From a virus (Duplodnaviria; Heunggongvirae; Uroviricota; Caudoviricetes): a stretch of DNA of 23,432 nt. Where the stretch lies: positions 1-23,432 of IMG/VR virus record IMGVR_UViG_2531839127_000024, one strand, 5' to 3'. The position numbers and the translations under genes are program-made. Shown here in pieces: positions 1 through 8,557 of this stretch (positions are counted from its first letter, which is position 1; every line of letters starts with the position of its first letter). The notes under the pieces are model-generated. The model made no database searches and was not told the DNA's origin. It saw nothing but the letters and a program-made list of their open reading frames with translations.

Positions 1-996
1 TTATGGACGCATTATGGACATTCCTGACACCGGGTTAAGAGTCACAGCATCTTGTAAGAAATCCGGTGCAAAGTGTGCGTAGGTCATAGTTTGCTGAATG
101 TTAGAATGACCCAGGATGCGCTGCAATGTGATTATGTTACCTCCATTCATTATAAAATGTGTGGCAAATGTATGCCTCAAAACATGCACTGCCTGTCCGT
201 CAGGTAAATCGGGTTTTACTTCCCTGAGAGCATTGCGCACTTTGTAGTAACTGGCATTAAAAAGCCTGCCTGAATTTTTGGTCTTGATCCGTTTAATCAG
301 GTCCTGCGAAACGGGAATTGTCCTGCGCTTTCCGTTTTTAGTTTTCATAAACGTAACCATCTGGTTAATGATGTGTTCAGCTTTCAAATTAGACACTTCA
401 CTCCAGCGTCCACCAGTAGAAAGGCAGACCAGAGTTGCATTTAACTCATCACCATCAAGCATGGATAACAGCCGCGTAATCTCTTCACTGGACAAAAAAG
501 CCATTTCAGTAACAGCTTCACGTAACCGCTTAACCTCACGGAACGGGTTGTGAGAGTGGTATTCACCGGCGTCAATTAACTTGGTGAACATCCCGCTCAT
601 TATTGCCAGATGCCGATTTACGCTGGCTGGTTTAAGACCATCGTTCATCATTACAACGCGATAATCAGTTATCGTTTTCTTTGTTAGCTGGTCAGCTCTG
701 GACACTCCCATTTCTGCAAATTTGGCGATTATTGTCGTCAAACGCCCCCGTTCAATATTTCCACGCTCATGTGATTTTCCGTGATATATCCACCATCTGC
801 CTAACAACTCTGTAAGAGTTCGGCGGTCGGCTGGCTTCTCCAGCCACTCTTTGTTGTGGTAGTTAACCAGCACATGACGTTCGAATGCTTGAGCTTCACC
901 TTTAGTTTTAAATTTCCGCCTGATACGTTTTCCATCTGCACCCTGCGGTCTGACGTCCACTTCATAACGACCATCATCGAGCTTTTTAATAGACAT
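1..996 (-). CDS. int: Tyrosine integrase (P2 Int family), 331 aa
   Basis: ORF with ATG at 996 preceded by GGAGGG; C-terminal catalytic motifs LRHTFATHF and TYAHFAP (H-x-x-R ... Y) typical of tyrosine recombinases; sits next to the repressor as in P2. Stop codon is at positions 1-3, so att lies left of the window. Confidence 0.92.
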   Translation of the reverse strand: MSIKKLDDGRYEVDVRPQGADGKRIRRKFKTKGEAQAFERHVLVNYHNKEWLEKPADRRTLTELLGRWWIYHGKSHERGNIERGRLTTIIAKFAEMGVSRADQLTKKTITDYRVVMMNDGLKPASVNRHLAIMSGMFTKLIDAGEYHSHNPFREVKRLREAVTEMAFLSSEEITRLLSMLDGDELNATLVCLSTGGRWSEVSNLKAEHIINQMVTFMKTKNGKRRTIPVSQDLIKRIKTKNSGRLFNASYYKVRNALREVKPDLPDGQAVHVLRHTFATHFIMNGGNIITLQRILGHSNIQQTMTYAHFAPDFLQDAVTLNPVSGMSIMRP

Positions 997-1089
997 AAAG
1001 CCCTCCGATGACGCTGTTTACTTCTACTACTTGAAAATTAATGCAATTTTCTTTCGTACATTTACTGCACACATATGCTGAATAAATCG

Positions 1090-1389
1090 TCAGCCAGTCT
1101 TTTGGTCTGAGTGGTGCAAGGTTGTTGAGTCTTGCCCAATGTGTGCGAGAGCCGGGGCTATTTGTCCAGCTTCGGGATCTATTTCATCAAACATGAACCA
1201 GTCACGATACTTGCGAAAGCGTGGATGCTTAAACAGCTTCATACCTGCTTCCATAGGCATTTTTGATTTCCCTGATTCATATCCATGATATGTGTAGTAA
1301 TTAATTCCAATTAATTCAGCAAGTTCCTTAGTTTTAAGGCGTTCGGATTCACGAATGAGCTTTAATTTCTCGCTTTGTTCACTTGACAT
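1090..1389 (-). CDS. C: Immunity repressor, P2 C-like (about 99 aa)
   Basis: Small protein divergent from cox; motif GQIAPALAHIGQ...HSDQKTG resembles the C-terminus of P2 C as I remember it. Track start at 1407 is TTG; ATG at 1389 with GGAG upstream is preferred. Confidence 0.75.
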   Translation of the reverse strand: MSSEQSEKLKLIRESERLKTKELAELIGINYYTYHGYESGKSKMPMEAGMKLFKHPRFRKYRDWFMFDEIDPEAGQIAPALAHIGQDSTTLHHSDQKTG

Positions 1390-1482
1390 AATTTTGCTAA
1401 TCTCCAATTATATGGCTACTTGGCAATTTGTGATGCACTCAAAAAGGCTCTAGATGGCTCCAGTTGGTGAATTACAAATCTT
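1390..1482. promoter_or_regulatory. Immunity switch region between C and cox (expected early and repressor promoters plus operators)
   Basis: 93-bp gap between divergent repressor and cox genes; minus-strand TATAAT at 1407-1412; direct repeat GGCTC spaced about 10 bp. Exact promoter and operator positions not resolved. Confidence 0.45.
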
Positions 1483-1854
1483 ATGGAGGATAGCAAAGTG
1501 ACGACAAATGTAGAAATTTCTTGTCAAACTAGCGATGAGGCAAGTTTCGAAAACGAAGCCAAACGCAAAAGCATTCAGATTTCAGAGCGCCCATCAGATT
1601 TGCTGTCGAAAGAGGGGTTTGCTCTTTACATCGGTAAGACACCACGCGCGGTGGCTGAAATGGCTAAAGCGGGAAAGCTGCCAGCCTTCTATATGACAGA
1701 CCCATTAAAACCAAGAGGGAAAGCTGAATTATGGGTAAATCGTCGTGAGTGGGATAAGTATGCGGCACAACTAGTCGAAGAGGCTCCGACCGAGTGGCAT
1801 GACTGGAAAAATCGCATTAGTTACAGCAAATCAAGACATGGCCGTGCGGCTTAA
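1483..1854 (+). CDS. cox: Cox-like excisionase/early transcriptional regulator with N-terminal extension
   Basis: HTH-like segment FALYIGKTPRAVAEMAKAGKLP followed by YMTDP, resembling P2 Cox; first gene of the rightward early operon. Alternative start GTG 1498 has a better RBS (GGAGGA at 1485-1490). Confidence 0.7.
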   Translation: MEDSKVTTNVEISCQTSDEASFENEAKRKSIQISERPSDLLSKEGFALYIGKTPRAVAEMAKAGKLPAFYMTDPLKPRGKAELWVNRREWDKYAAQLVEEAPTEWHDWKNRISYSKSRHGRAA

Positions 1855-1864
1855 GGTGGAAAGG

Positions 1865-2035
1865 ATGAATGAGCCGCGTTGTATTGCTCAGTTATTGCGT
1901 AACGAAAGCCCCAGGGCGATTGACTTCACCATCACCCACGGGAAGGGGCGCAAGGGAATCATTATCCGTACCAAAAAACAGAGTCCGTTAAAAAAGGCTC
2001 TGACCTTTCTGAAAAGCCGGAGGGTATGGAAATGA
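1865..2035 (+). CDS. Small early protein (position of P2 orf78), 56 aa
   Basis: ORF between cox and B; ATG 1865 preceded by AAGGTGGAAAGG; basic protein. Start uncertain (track ORF begins at 1799). Confidence 0.4.
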   Translation: MNEPRCIAQLLRNESPRAIDFTITHGKGRKGIIIRTKKQSPLKKALTFLKSRRVWK

Positions 2036-2532
2036 CAGTGATGACGCTCAATCTCGTTGAAAAACAGCCAGCAACTATGCGCCGGATAATTGGTAAGCAT
2101 CTTGCCGTTCCTCGCTGGCAGGATACATGTGATTATTATAATCAGATGATGGAGCGCGAACGGCTAACGGGTTGCTTTCATGCGCAGTTAAAACAGCGTC
2201 ACGCAACGATGCGTTTTGAAGAAATGAACGACGTCGAACGTGAACGGCTGGTATGTGCAATTGATGAACTGCGTGGGGCATTCTCAAAACGCCGTCAGGT
2301 TGGCGCAAGTGAGTATGCATATATTAGTTTTTTAACAGTCAGTCAGCGTCGCACTTTATTTATGCACGCACGACTGACAGAAAAAGAATTCAACCAGCCA
2401 TACTGGCGAATTAATGAGGAATCATGTTACTGGCGTGATGCTTTATTCCGTGCATTACGTGAATTATTCAGCCTGTTTGAGTATGCACCGACAATTCTGA
2501 CGTCGGTAAAACCAGAGCAATATCTGCATTAA
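2032..2532 (+). CDS. B: Replication protein B-like (166 aa from ATG 2032)
   Basis: Position after cox/orf78; GGAGGG RBS at 2019-2024; length equals P2 B (166 aa) if started at 2032. Track start is 2026. Confidence 0.7.
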   Translation: MTVMTLNLVEKQPATMRRIIGKHLAVPRWQDTCDYYNQMMERERLTGCFHAQLKQRHATMRFEEMNDVERERLVCAIDELRGAFSKRRQVGASEYAYISFLTVSQRRTLFMHARLTEKEFNQPYWRINEESCYWRDALFRALRELFSLFEYAPTILTSVKPEQYLH

Positions 2533-2595
2533 GTAATTACCCAGAGTTTTTAACGCACTTAATTGTGCGGGGCTTCTTTTTGCCTGGAGAAAGTC

Positions 2596-2820
2596 ATGCA
2601 TACAGTTTCTGAAAATCAGTGCGGTAAATACGCATTACTGCTGCAACAGGCCAGAACCGAAGCACAGGCCGACGCAGCGACGCGCTTTTCTTCTCATCTT
2701 GACGCCATGATTCGCCACATCACAAAGGCGGAGTTATCCCGCGTGGAGATAGTCGAGCTGCTCAGTCAGGAGTCGGAAAAATTTCACAATATCGGATTGT
2801 CTCGCGGGGAGGTGCTTTGA
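2596..2820 (+). CDS. Small early protein (P2 orf80 position), 74 aa
   Basis: ORF with GGAGA RBS 5 nt upstream of ATG 2596; stop overlaps the next start. Confidence 0.55.
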   Translation: MHTVSENQCGKYALLLQQARTEAQADAATRFSSHLDAMIRHITKAELSRVEIVELLSQESEKFHNIGLSRGEVL

Positions 2821-3122
2821 TGTCCTGTTCTCGTTCAGTTGTATTACTGAATAACGCCTTAAAAATCGCCGTTATGGAAAATGGTGATTTGTCTCTTATT
2901 CAACTTGGTCTTGATAAAGAAAAACGCGACATAACTGAATCTGTTATCGCGATTTATCAGAATGAATTAAATCTCCTGTCTGATGTGGTCAATTTACTTG
3001 TTAAACGCGCTGTATTCCACAAGCAAATTTCCTCAGTGGATGAGCTGACAAAATTAACGACAGAAATCGCCAGCTATTGCGCTGATGAATTTAAGAAGCT
3101 GAACGACAAAAGGAGCTGGTAA
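2820..3122 (+). CDS. Small early protein (P2 orf81 position), 100 aa
   Basis: ATG 2820 overlapping the upstream stop; GGAGGT RBS; translationally coupled chain of small genes. Confidence 0.6.
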   Translation: MSCSRSVVLLNNALKIAVMENGDLSLIQLGLDKEKRDITESVIAIYQNELNLLSDVVNLLVKRAVFHKQISSVDELTKLTTEIASYCADEFKKLNDKRSW

Positions 3123-3346
3123 TGCCGGACAACGTAGATTTTATTCAGGAACAACAGGCTGAATTACTGGAGCGCCAGATTAACGCGGCAAGGGTAAAAC
3201 ATTGCGGTGTTTCTGCGCTGGTTTGCGAAGAGTGTGACGCGCCAATACCTGTTGCCCGTCGTGCGGCTTATCCGTCAGCCACGCGTTGTGTTTCCTGCCA
3301 GTCAGTCTTTGAAGCAAAAAACAAGCATTACCGGAGAATGGCATGA
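3122..3346 (+). CDS. TraR/DksA-type C4 zinc-finger protein (P2 orf82 position), 74 aa
   Basis: CxxC-N17-CxxC motif (CEECDAPIPVARRAAYPSATRCVSCQ); AAAGGAG RBS upstream. Confidence 0.75.
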   Translation: MPDNVDFIQEQQAELLERQINAARVKHCGVSALVCEECDAPIPVARRAAYPSATRCVSCQSVFEAKNKHYRRMA

Positions 3347-3618
3347 GGATTCGTATCGAAATTGGCGAACGTTATGTCGTTACCAGTGACAGCTTTCAGT
3401 TTATTCTCCACGAGAAAAAGAGAGCGGAAAGCGGTAAAAACGCCGGTCAGGAATGGCTGGCGGTGGTTGGTTATTACCCGAAATTAAGCCAGCTCGTTTC
3501 CGGCCTGATGCATCACGATATTCTGACCGGAAGCGCAAAGTCTTTTGCTGATTTAAACGCGCAGGTTGAGCAACTCAGCAGGCGTTGTTCAGAGGCTTTT
3601 GGCTCATATGGCCGTTAA
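3343..3618 (+). CDS. Small early protein (P2 orf83 position), 91 aa
   Basis: ATG 3343 overlaps the orf82 stop; GGAGAA RBS; overlaps the A start region. Confidence 0.6.
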   Translation: MRIRIEIGERYVVTSDSFQFILHEKKRAESGKNAGQEWLAVVGYYPKLSQLVSGLMHHDILTGSAKSFADLNAQVEQLSRRCSEAFGSYGR

Positions 3619-5893
3619 AGCCTCCGGGCGTTTTGTCCCTCCGTCAGCATTTGCTGCAGGCACCGGTAAGGCGTTTACCGGTGCTTATGCATGGAACGCG
3701 CCACGCGAGGCCGTCGGGCGCGAAAGACTCCTTACACGTGACGAGATGCGTCAGGTGCAAGGTGTTTTATCCACGATTAACCGCCTGCCTTACTTTTTGC
3801 GCTCGCTGTTTACTTCACGCTATGACTACATCCGGCGCAATAAAAGCCCGGTGCACGGGTTTTATTTCCTCACATCCACTTTTCAGCGTCGTTTATGGCC
3901 GCGCATTGAGCGTGTGAATCAGCGCCATGAAATGAACACCGACGCGTCGTTACTGTTTCTGGCAGAGCGTGACCACTATGCGCGCCTGCCGGGAATGAAT
4001 GACAAGGAGCTGAAAAAGTTTGCCGCCCGTATCTCATCGCAGCTTTTCATGATGTATGAGGAACTCTGCGATGCCTGGGTGGATGCGCATGGCGAAAAAG
4101 AATCGCTGTTTACGGATGAGGCGCAGGCGCATCTGTATGGTCATGTTGCTGGCGCTGCACGTGCTTTCAATATTTCCCCTCTCTACTGGAAAAAATACCG
4201 TAAAGGACAGATGACCACGAGGCAGGCATATTCTGCCATTGCCCGTCTGTTTAACGATGAGTGGTGGACTCATCAGCTTAAAGGCCAGCGTATGCGCTGG
4301 CATGAGGCGTTACTGATTGCTGTCGGGGAGGTGAATAAAGACCGTTCTCCTTATGCCAGTAAACATGCCATTCGTGATGTGCGTGCGCGCCGCCAGGCAA
4401 ATCTGGAATTTCTTAAATCGTGTGACCTTGAAAACAGGGAAACCGGCGAGCGCATCGACCTTATCAGTAAGGTGATGGGAAGTATTTCTAATCCTGAAAT
4501 TCGCCGGATGGAGCTGATGAACACCATTGCCGGTATTGAGCGTTACGCCGCCGCAGAGGGTGATGTGGGGATGTTTATCACGCTGACCGCGCCGTCAAAG
4601 TATCACCCGACACGTCAGGTCGGAAAAGGCGAAAGTAAAACCGTCCAGCTAAATCACGGCTGGAACGATGAGGCATTTAATCCAAAGGATGCGCAGCGTT
4701 ATCTCTGCCGCATCTGGAGCCTGATGCGCACGGCATTCAAGGATAATGATTTACAGGTCTACGGTTTGCGTGTCGTCGAGCCACACCACGACGGAACGCC
4801 GCACTGGCATATGATGCTTTTTTGTAATCCACGTCAGCGTAACCAGATTATCGAAACCATGCGTCGCTACGCGCTCAAAGAGGATGGCGACGAAAGAGGA
4901 GCCGAGCGAAACCGTTTTCAGGCGAAACACCTTAACCGGGGCGGTGCTGCGGGGTATATCGCGAAATACATTTCAAAAAATATCGACGGCTATGCACTGG
5001 ATGGTCAGCTCGATAACGATACCGGCAGACCTCTGAAAGATACTGCCGCGGCTGTTACTGCATGGGCGTCAACGTGGCGCATCCCGCAATTTAAAACGGT
5101 TGGTCTGCCGACAATGGGGGCTTACCGTGAACTACGCAAATTGCCTCGCGGCGTCAGCATTGCTGATGAGTTTGACGAACGCGTCGAGGCTGCACGCGCT
5201 GCCGCAGACAGTGGCGATTTTGCGTTGTATATCAGCGCGCAGGGTGGGGCAAATGTCCCGCGCGATTGTCAGACTGTCAGGGTTGCCCGTAGCCCGTCGG
5301 ATGACGTTAACGAGTACGAGGAAGAAGTCGAGAGAGTGGTCGGCATTTACGCGCCGCATCTCGGCGCGCGTCATATTCATATCACCAGAACGACGGACTG
5401 GCGCATTGTGCCGAAAGTTCCGGTCGTTGAGCCTTTGACTTTAAAAAGCGGCATCGCCGCGCCTCGGAGTCCTGTCAATAACTGTGGAAAGCTCACCGGT
5501 GGTGATGCTTCGTTACCGGCTCCCACACCTTCTGAGCACGCCGCAGCAGTGCTTAATCTGGTTGATGACGGTGTTATCGAATGGAATGACCCGGAGGTCG
5601 TGAGGGCGCTCAGAAGCGCATTAAAACACGGTCTGAGAAGACCAAACCGTCAGCAAAGAAACGGAAACCCGTTAAAACCGCATGAAATAGCGCCATCGGC
5701 CAGACTGACCCGGTCAGAACGATTGCAAATTACCCGTATCCGCGTTGACCTCGCTCAGAACGGTATCAGGCCGCAACGATGGGAGCTTGAGGCGCTGGTG
5801 CGTGGCGCGACCGTAAATTATGACGGGAAAAAATTCACGTATCCGGTCGCTGATGAGTGGCCGGGATTCTCAACAGTAATGGAGTGGACATGA
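3608..5893 (+). CDS. A: Rolling-circle replication initiator A (761 aa)
   Basis: From ATG 3608 the protein starts MAVKASGRFVPP and is exactly 761 aa, matching P2 gpA as I recall it; contains HWHMMLF (HUH-like) motif. Track start at 3566 is TTG. Confidence 0.9.
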   Translation: MAVKASGRFVPPSAFAAGTGKAFTGAYAWNAPREAVGRERLLTRDEMRQVQGVLSTINRLPYFLRSLFTSRYDYIRRNKSPVHGFYFLTSTFQRRLWPRIERVNQRHEMNTDASLLFLAERDHYARLPGMNDKELKKFAARISSQLFMMYEELCDAWVDAHGEKESLFTDEAQAHLYGHVAGAARAFNISPLYWKKYRKGQMTTRQAYSAIARLFNDEWWTHQLKGQRMRWHEALLIAVGEVNKDRSPYASKHAIRDVRARRQANLEFLKSCDLENRETGERIDLISKVMGSISNPEIRRMELMNTIAGIERYAAAEGDVGMFITLTAPSKYHPTRQVGKGESKTVQLNHGWNDEAFNPKDAQRYLCRIWSLMRTAFKDNDLQVYGLRVVEPHHDGTPHWHMMLFCNPRQRNQIIETMRRYALKEDGDERGAERNRFQAKHLNRGGAAGYIAKYISKNIDGYALDGQLDNDTGRPLKDTAAAVTAWASTWRIPQFKTVGLPTMGAYRELRKLPRGVSIADEFDERVEAARAAADSGDFALYISAQGGANVPRDCQTVRVARSPSDDVNEYEEEVERVVGIYAPHLGARHIHITRTTDWRIVPKVPVVEPLTLKSGIAAPRSPVNNCGKLTGGDASLPAPTPSEHAAAVLNLVDDGVIEWNDPEVVRALRSALKHGLRRPNRQQRNGNPLKPHEIAPSARLTRSERLQITRIRVDLAQNGIRPQRWELEALVRGATVNYDGKKFTYPVADEWPGFSTVMEWT

Positions 5894-6378
5894 TGGCAAA
5901 AATTCACGAGGTAAAGCTGCACGCAAAATATTTCGACCTTGTACTGGAAGGAAAAAAACGCGCAGAGTTTCGGAAAAATGACCGTAATTATGAGCGCGGG
6001 GACACGTTGATTTTGCATGAATGGGTGCAGGGTGTGTTTACGGGGCGAAAGGTTGAAGCCCGGATAACAGATGTTACTGACCTGTCAGACTGGCTGGAAG
6101 ATTATGTCTTGCTAAGTATTGAGCTGCTTAATACGGGCGCATATAAGATTGTGAACTGGAAAGAACTTAGTGAACGTGGTCTGGTATTCAGAATTAATCA
6201 TGAAATTATGCATCAGCTCGGCCTTGCTGTTATGTATGAACCAGAGACGGGCTGTCTGGCGGGGCAGTGGTTGCTGCGGATGGGATATGGAACTATTCAG
6301 ATGAACAGGTGGAGCGTGCAAAGCAAAACGGGTGGCTTGGATAATGCACAGAATACCAGGCGAGATACCGCACCATAA
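5890..6378 (+). CDS. ASCH/DUF3850-like protein (P2 orf91-like N-terminus) with about 70-aa C-terminal extension
   Basis: ATGATG at 5890-5895 overlaps the A stop; GGAG RBS at 5881; N-terminus MAKIHEVKLHAKYFDLVLEGKKRAEFRK is ASCH-like. 162 aa versus 91 aa for P2 orf91. Confidence 0.65.
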   Translation: MMAKIHEVKLHAKYFDLVLEGKKRAEFRKNDRNYERGDTLILHEWVQGVFTGRKVEARITDVTDLSDWLEDYVLLSIELLNTGAYKIVNWKELSERGLVFRINHEIMHQLGLAVMYEPETGCLAGQWLLRMGYGTIQMNRWSVQSKTGGLDNAQNTRRDTAP

Positions 6379-6397
6379 AACTAAAAATATCAAGCTG

Positions 6398-6550
6398 ATG
6401 GCTATTGTTCAGCGTTTACAGCGGATTATGGTCAACGAAAATCTGACGCCCGATGAGCTGGTCGGGTGTGCCGAAATAGTTCGGGATAATTACGGGCGGC
6501 TTAACTATATCGGTCAGTCCAGAGTTGCGCCACCACCACGAAGACGATAG
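6398..6550 (+). CDS. Hypothetical small protein (50 aa), doubtful
   Basis: ATG-initiated ORF at the backbone/cargo junction; no convincing RBS. Confidence 0.2.
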   Translation: MAIVQRLQRIMVNENLTPDELVGCAEIVRDNYGRLNYIGQSRVAPPPRRR

Positions 6551-6773
6551 AGAACGCCGCCAGTCGTGAAACTTGTTTTCAGGGCTGGCGGGGTTGAACA
6601 ACGAGCGTAGCGAGGCGTTAGTTGACAGACATATTTTTACTGCGTTGGTGCCGGTTTTTGACGGTTGAAAGGAGTTAGGTTGGAGAGCTAACAACTTACA
6701 AATATTCAAAAGTAAGCATCCTGTTGCTAACATGAGGTCGATTTTTTATGTGGATGATGCAAAAAGGATAGCT

Positions 6774-7505
6774 ATGGATACTATAATCGCTTTTCTATCA
6801 CTCGCTTTTTTCGTTGCTTTCTTCATCGGGTTAATCAAGCCATCACTGGTGCGAATGCCAAACCGCAAACGTGCAAGTGCGGTTTATCTCGGAGGAGGTT
6901 TTGTATTGAGCATAATTGGTTCAATACTCTATCCAACAGAAAAAAGCCAGCCAGTTGATAAAACTGAAACATCAACCGTTGCAGAACATAAAGTCCAAAA
7001 AACATTCGAATATGGTGAAAAAACACTCAAGGAATATCGGAACGAGTCAAAGAAAACACGACACGATATTGTGAATAGTTACATTGATTTTAAGGAAGTT
7101 CCAGCCACCGCGTCAGATGCGTTTTATGCCTGCATGAGTGAATATACATTTACCAAAGATGATGAGTTGAAACTCGGTGATGTTCTTGGGTGGTGCTTTA
7201 ATGATTATGAAAATGACCCGAATTCACTAAACAATAAAATCAATCTTGATACATTTCAGAGTAATTTTAGTGGTTGGGATGGTTCTTATCGTCCATTGGA
7301 AAAACTAATTAAAGATAATATGAACGATGATTCATCTTATAAACATGTATCAACGGTATATCATCTGGTTTTGAATAAAGACCCGCATGCCATTGTGAAA
7401 ACCACGTTTCGCGGAACTAATGCTTATGGCGGAGTGGTGAAACAGACGATTGCTGCGCGTGTTGATATAAAAACTGGTAAGGTGATATCAATCATAGATA
7501 ATTGA
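6774..7505 (+). CDS. Cargo protein 1: unrecognised membrane protein, two N-terminal TM helices plus about 180-aa soluble domain (243 aa)
   Basis: AAAGGA RBS 5 nt upstream of ATG 6774 (in-frame alternative ATG 6732); hydrophobic segments IIAFLSLAFFVAFFIGLI and VYLGGGFVLSIIGSILY separated by basic loop RMPNRKRAS; AT-rich codon usage unlike the phage backbone. Confidence 0.7.
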   Translation: MDTIIAFLSLAFFVAFFIGLIKPSLVRMPNRKRASAVYLGGGFVLSIIGSILYPTEKSQPVDKTETSTVAEHKVQKTFEYGEKTLKEYRNESKKTRHDIVNSYIDFKEVPATASDAFYACMSEYTFTKDDELKLGDVLGWCFNDYENDPNSLNNKINLDTFQSNFSGWDGSYRPLEKLIKDNMNDDSSYKHVSTVYHLVLNKDPHAIVKTTFRGTNAYGGVVKQTIAARVDIKTGKVISIIDN

Positions 7506-7514
7506 TATCTTACA

Positions 7515-7555
7515 ATGCCGACGCTGAATATTTAATTGGGTGTCGGCATTTTTTG
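7515..7555 (+). terminator. Putative intrinsic terminator after cargo gene 1
   Basis: Stem ATGCCGAC (7515-7522) pairs with GTCGGCAT (7542-7549), followed by TTTTTT; loop is long (19 nt), so moderate confidence. Confidence 0.45.
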
Positions 7556-7614
7556 ACTATTAGAGCGGCAGAACCGAGATTTGTTGCGTATGAGATTAGC
7601 ACTGCGAGAATGTT

Positions 7615-8397
7615 ATGAAAATTATAAACCAACTTAAGAAGTTTGATAAGAAAAGAACGCCAGATGATGGCCGTATTAGTTTGTTATATGAAAACGCGAT
7701 TAAGTATGATATGTACTCTGTATATATTAAAGATAAAAATGATACAGAATACCTCTTTGACTGTTTGGTTGATGGGAAGATAAAGGCTTTTAAATGGGAT
7801 GATGAGGAGCGTAGATTTCATATAAGTTCATGCTTGGATATTTCTGAGGTTACGCCTGATTCTTTTTTTGGTGTTTACTACTACCGTGCGCATGAGTTGC
7901 GATTTAACTCTTTAAATGATTTAACATTTTTAAGGGAGTTGTTCTTTAGAGTAAAGTCTAATTATGAAAATATAAAGTTTAGTCGTGAAAAATATATTTA
8001 TCGACAGCAAAAAAAAGAAATAACTGATGTGATGTTTGTTCTCTCAACGATTATAAGAATGTATCGTGAATGGGATGCTCAAACTGTGTTTAGTGAGTTT
8101 TCAATAATGACCGAAGTCGCTGGTAGTTTATGGGTATACCATGACGATAAAAACAGGATGCGTAAAGAGCTTCGTTTATGCCTGAATTCTCTTGTTCAGA
8201 ATGGAGATCTTGTTGAAACAAGTAGTGGATTTAGGCCAACAGGAAAGGCACTGAACACAATATCTACATTCAATAAAGATGAGGTGCGGTACAGAGAGAA
8301 TTTGAGTACTCAGAAGAAAATGTTTTGGGCTACTTTTTTCGCAGCAGTCGGCGGCGTAGGAAGTATGATTGCAGCTATAATAGGGCTTCTAAAATGA
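7615..8397 (+). CDS. Cargo protein 2: unrecognised protein with cytoplasmic N-domain and single C-terminal TM helix (260 aa)
   Basis: ATG ORF; very AT-rich; C-terminal hydrophobic segment FWATFFAAVGGVGSMIAAIIGLL preceded by KK; no catalytic motif recognised. Confidence 0.7.
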   Translation: MKIINQLKKFDKKRTPDDGRISLLYENAIKYDMYSVYIKDKNDTEYLFDCLVDGKIKAFKWDDEERRFHISSCLDISEVTPDSFFGVYYYRAHELRFNSLNDLTFLRELFFRVKSNYENIKFSREKYIYRQQKKEITDVMFVLSTIIRMYREWDAQTVFSEFSIMTEVAGSLWVYHDDKNRMRKELRLCLNSLVQNGDLVETSSGFRPTGKALNTISTFNKDEVRYRENLSTQKKMFWATFFAAVGGVGSMIAAIIGLLK

Positions 8398-8557
8398 GCC
8401 AACAAAATCGTATGATGAAGTATTGAGTGAAAAGCATTCTTTATATGCATTATTTTGCATGCAACATATGCTATACATTCTAGCTATGAATTGTCAGACG
8501 TGGCAGTACTTCTGTATGGTAATGCAACTGCATTAAAACCGCCCCATGAAGCGGGCG

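Noticed and set aside
6379-8557. Expected tin and old exclusion genes
   Set aside because: No ORF of OLD size (about 586 aa) or with Walker ATPase motifs is present in this interval; only the two unrecognised membrane-protein genes. A Tin-like identity for the second gene cannot be excluded without a search.
6379-8557. Cargo island as an insertion sequence or transposon
   Set aside because: No transposase-like ORF, no terminal inverted repeats and no target-site duplication seen at the island borders.
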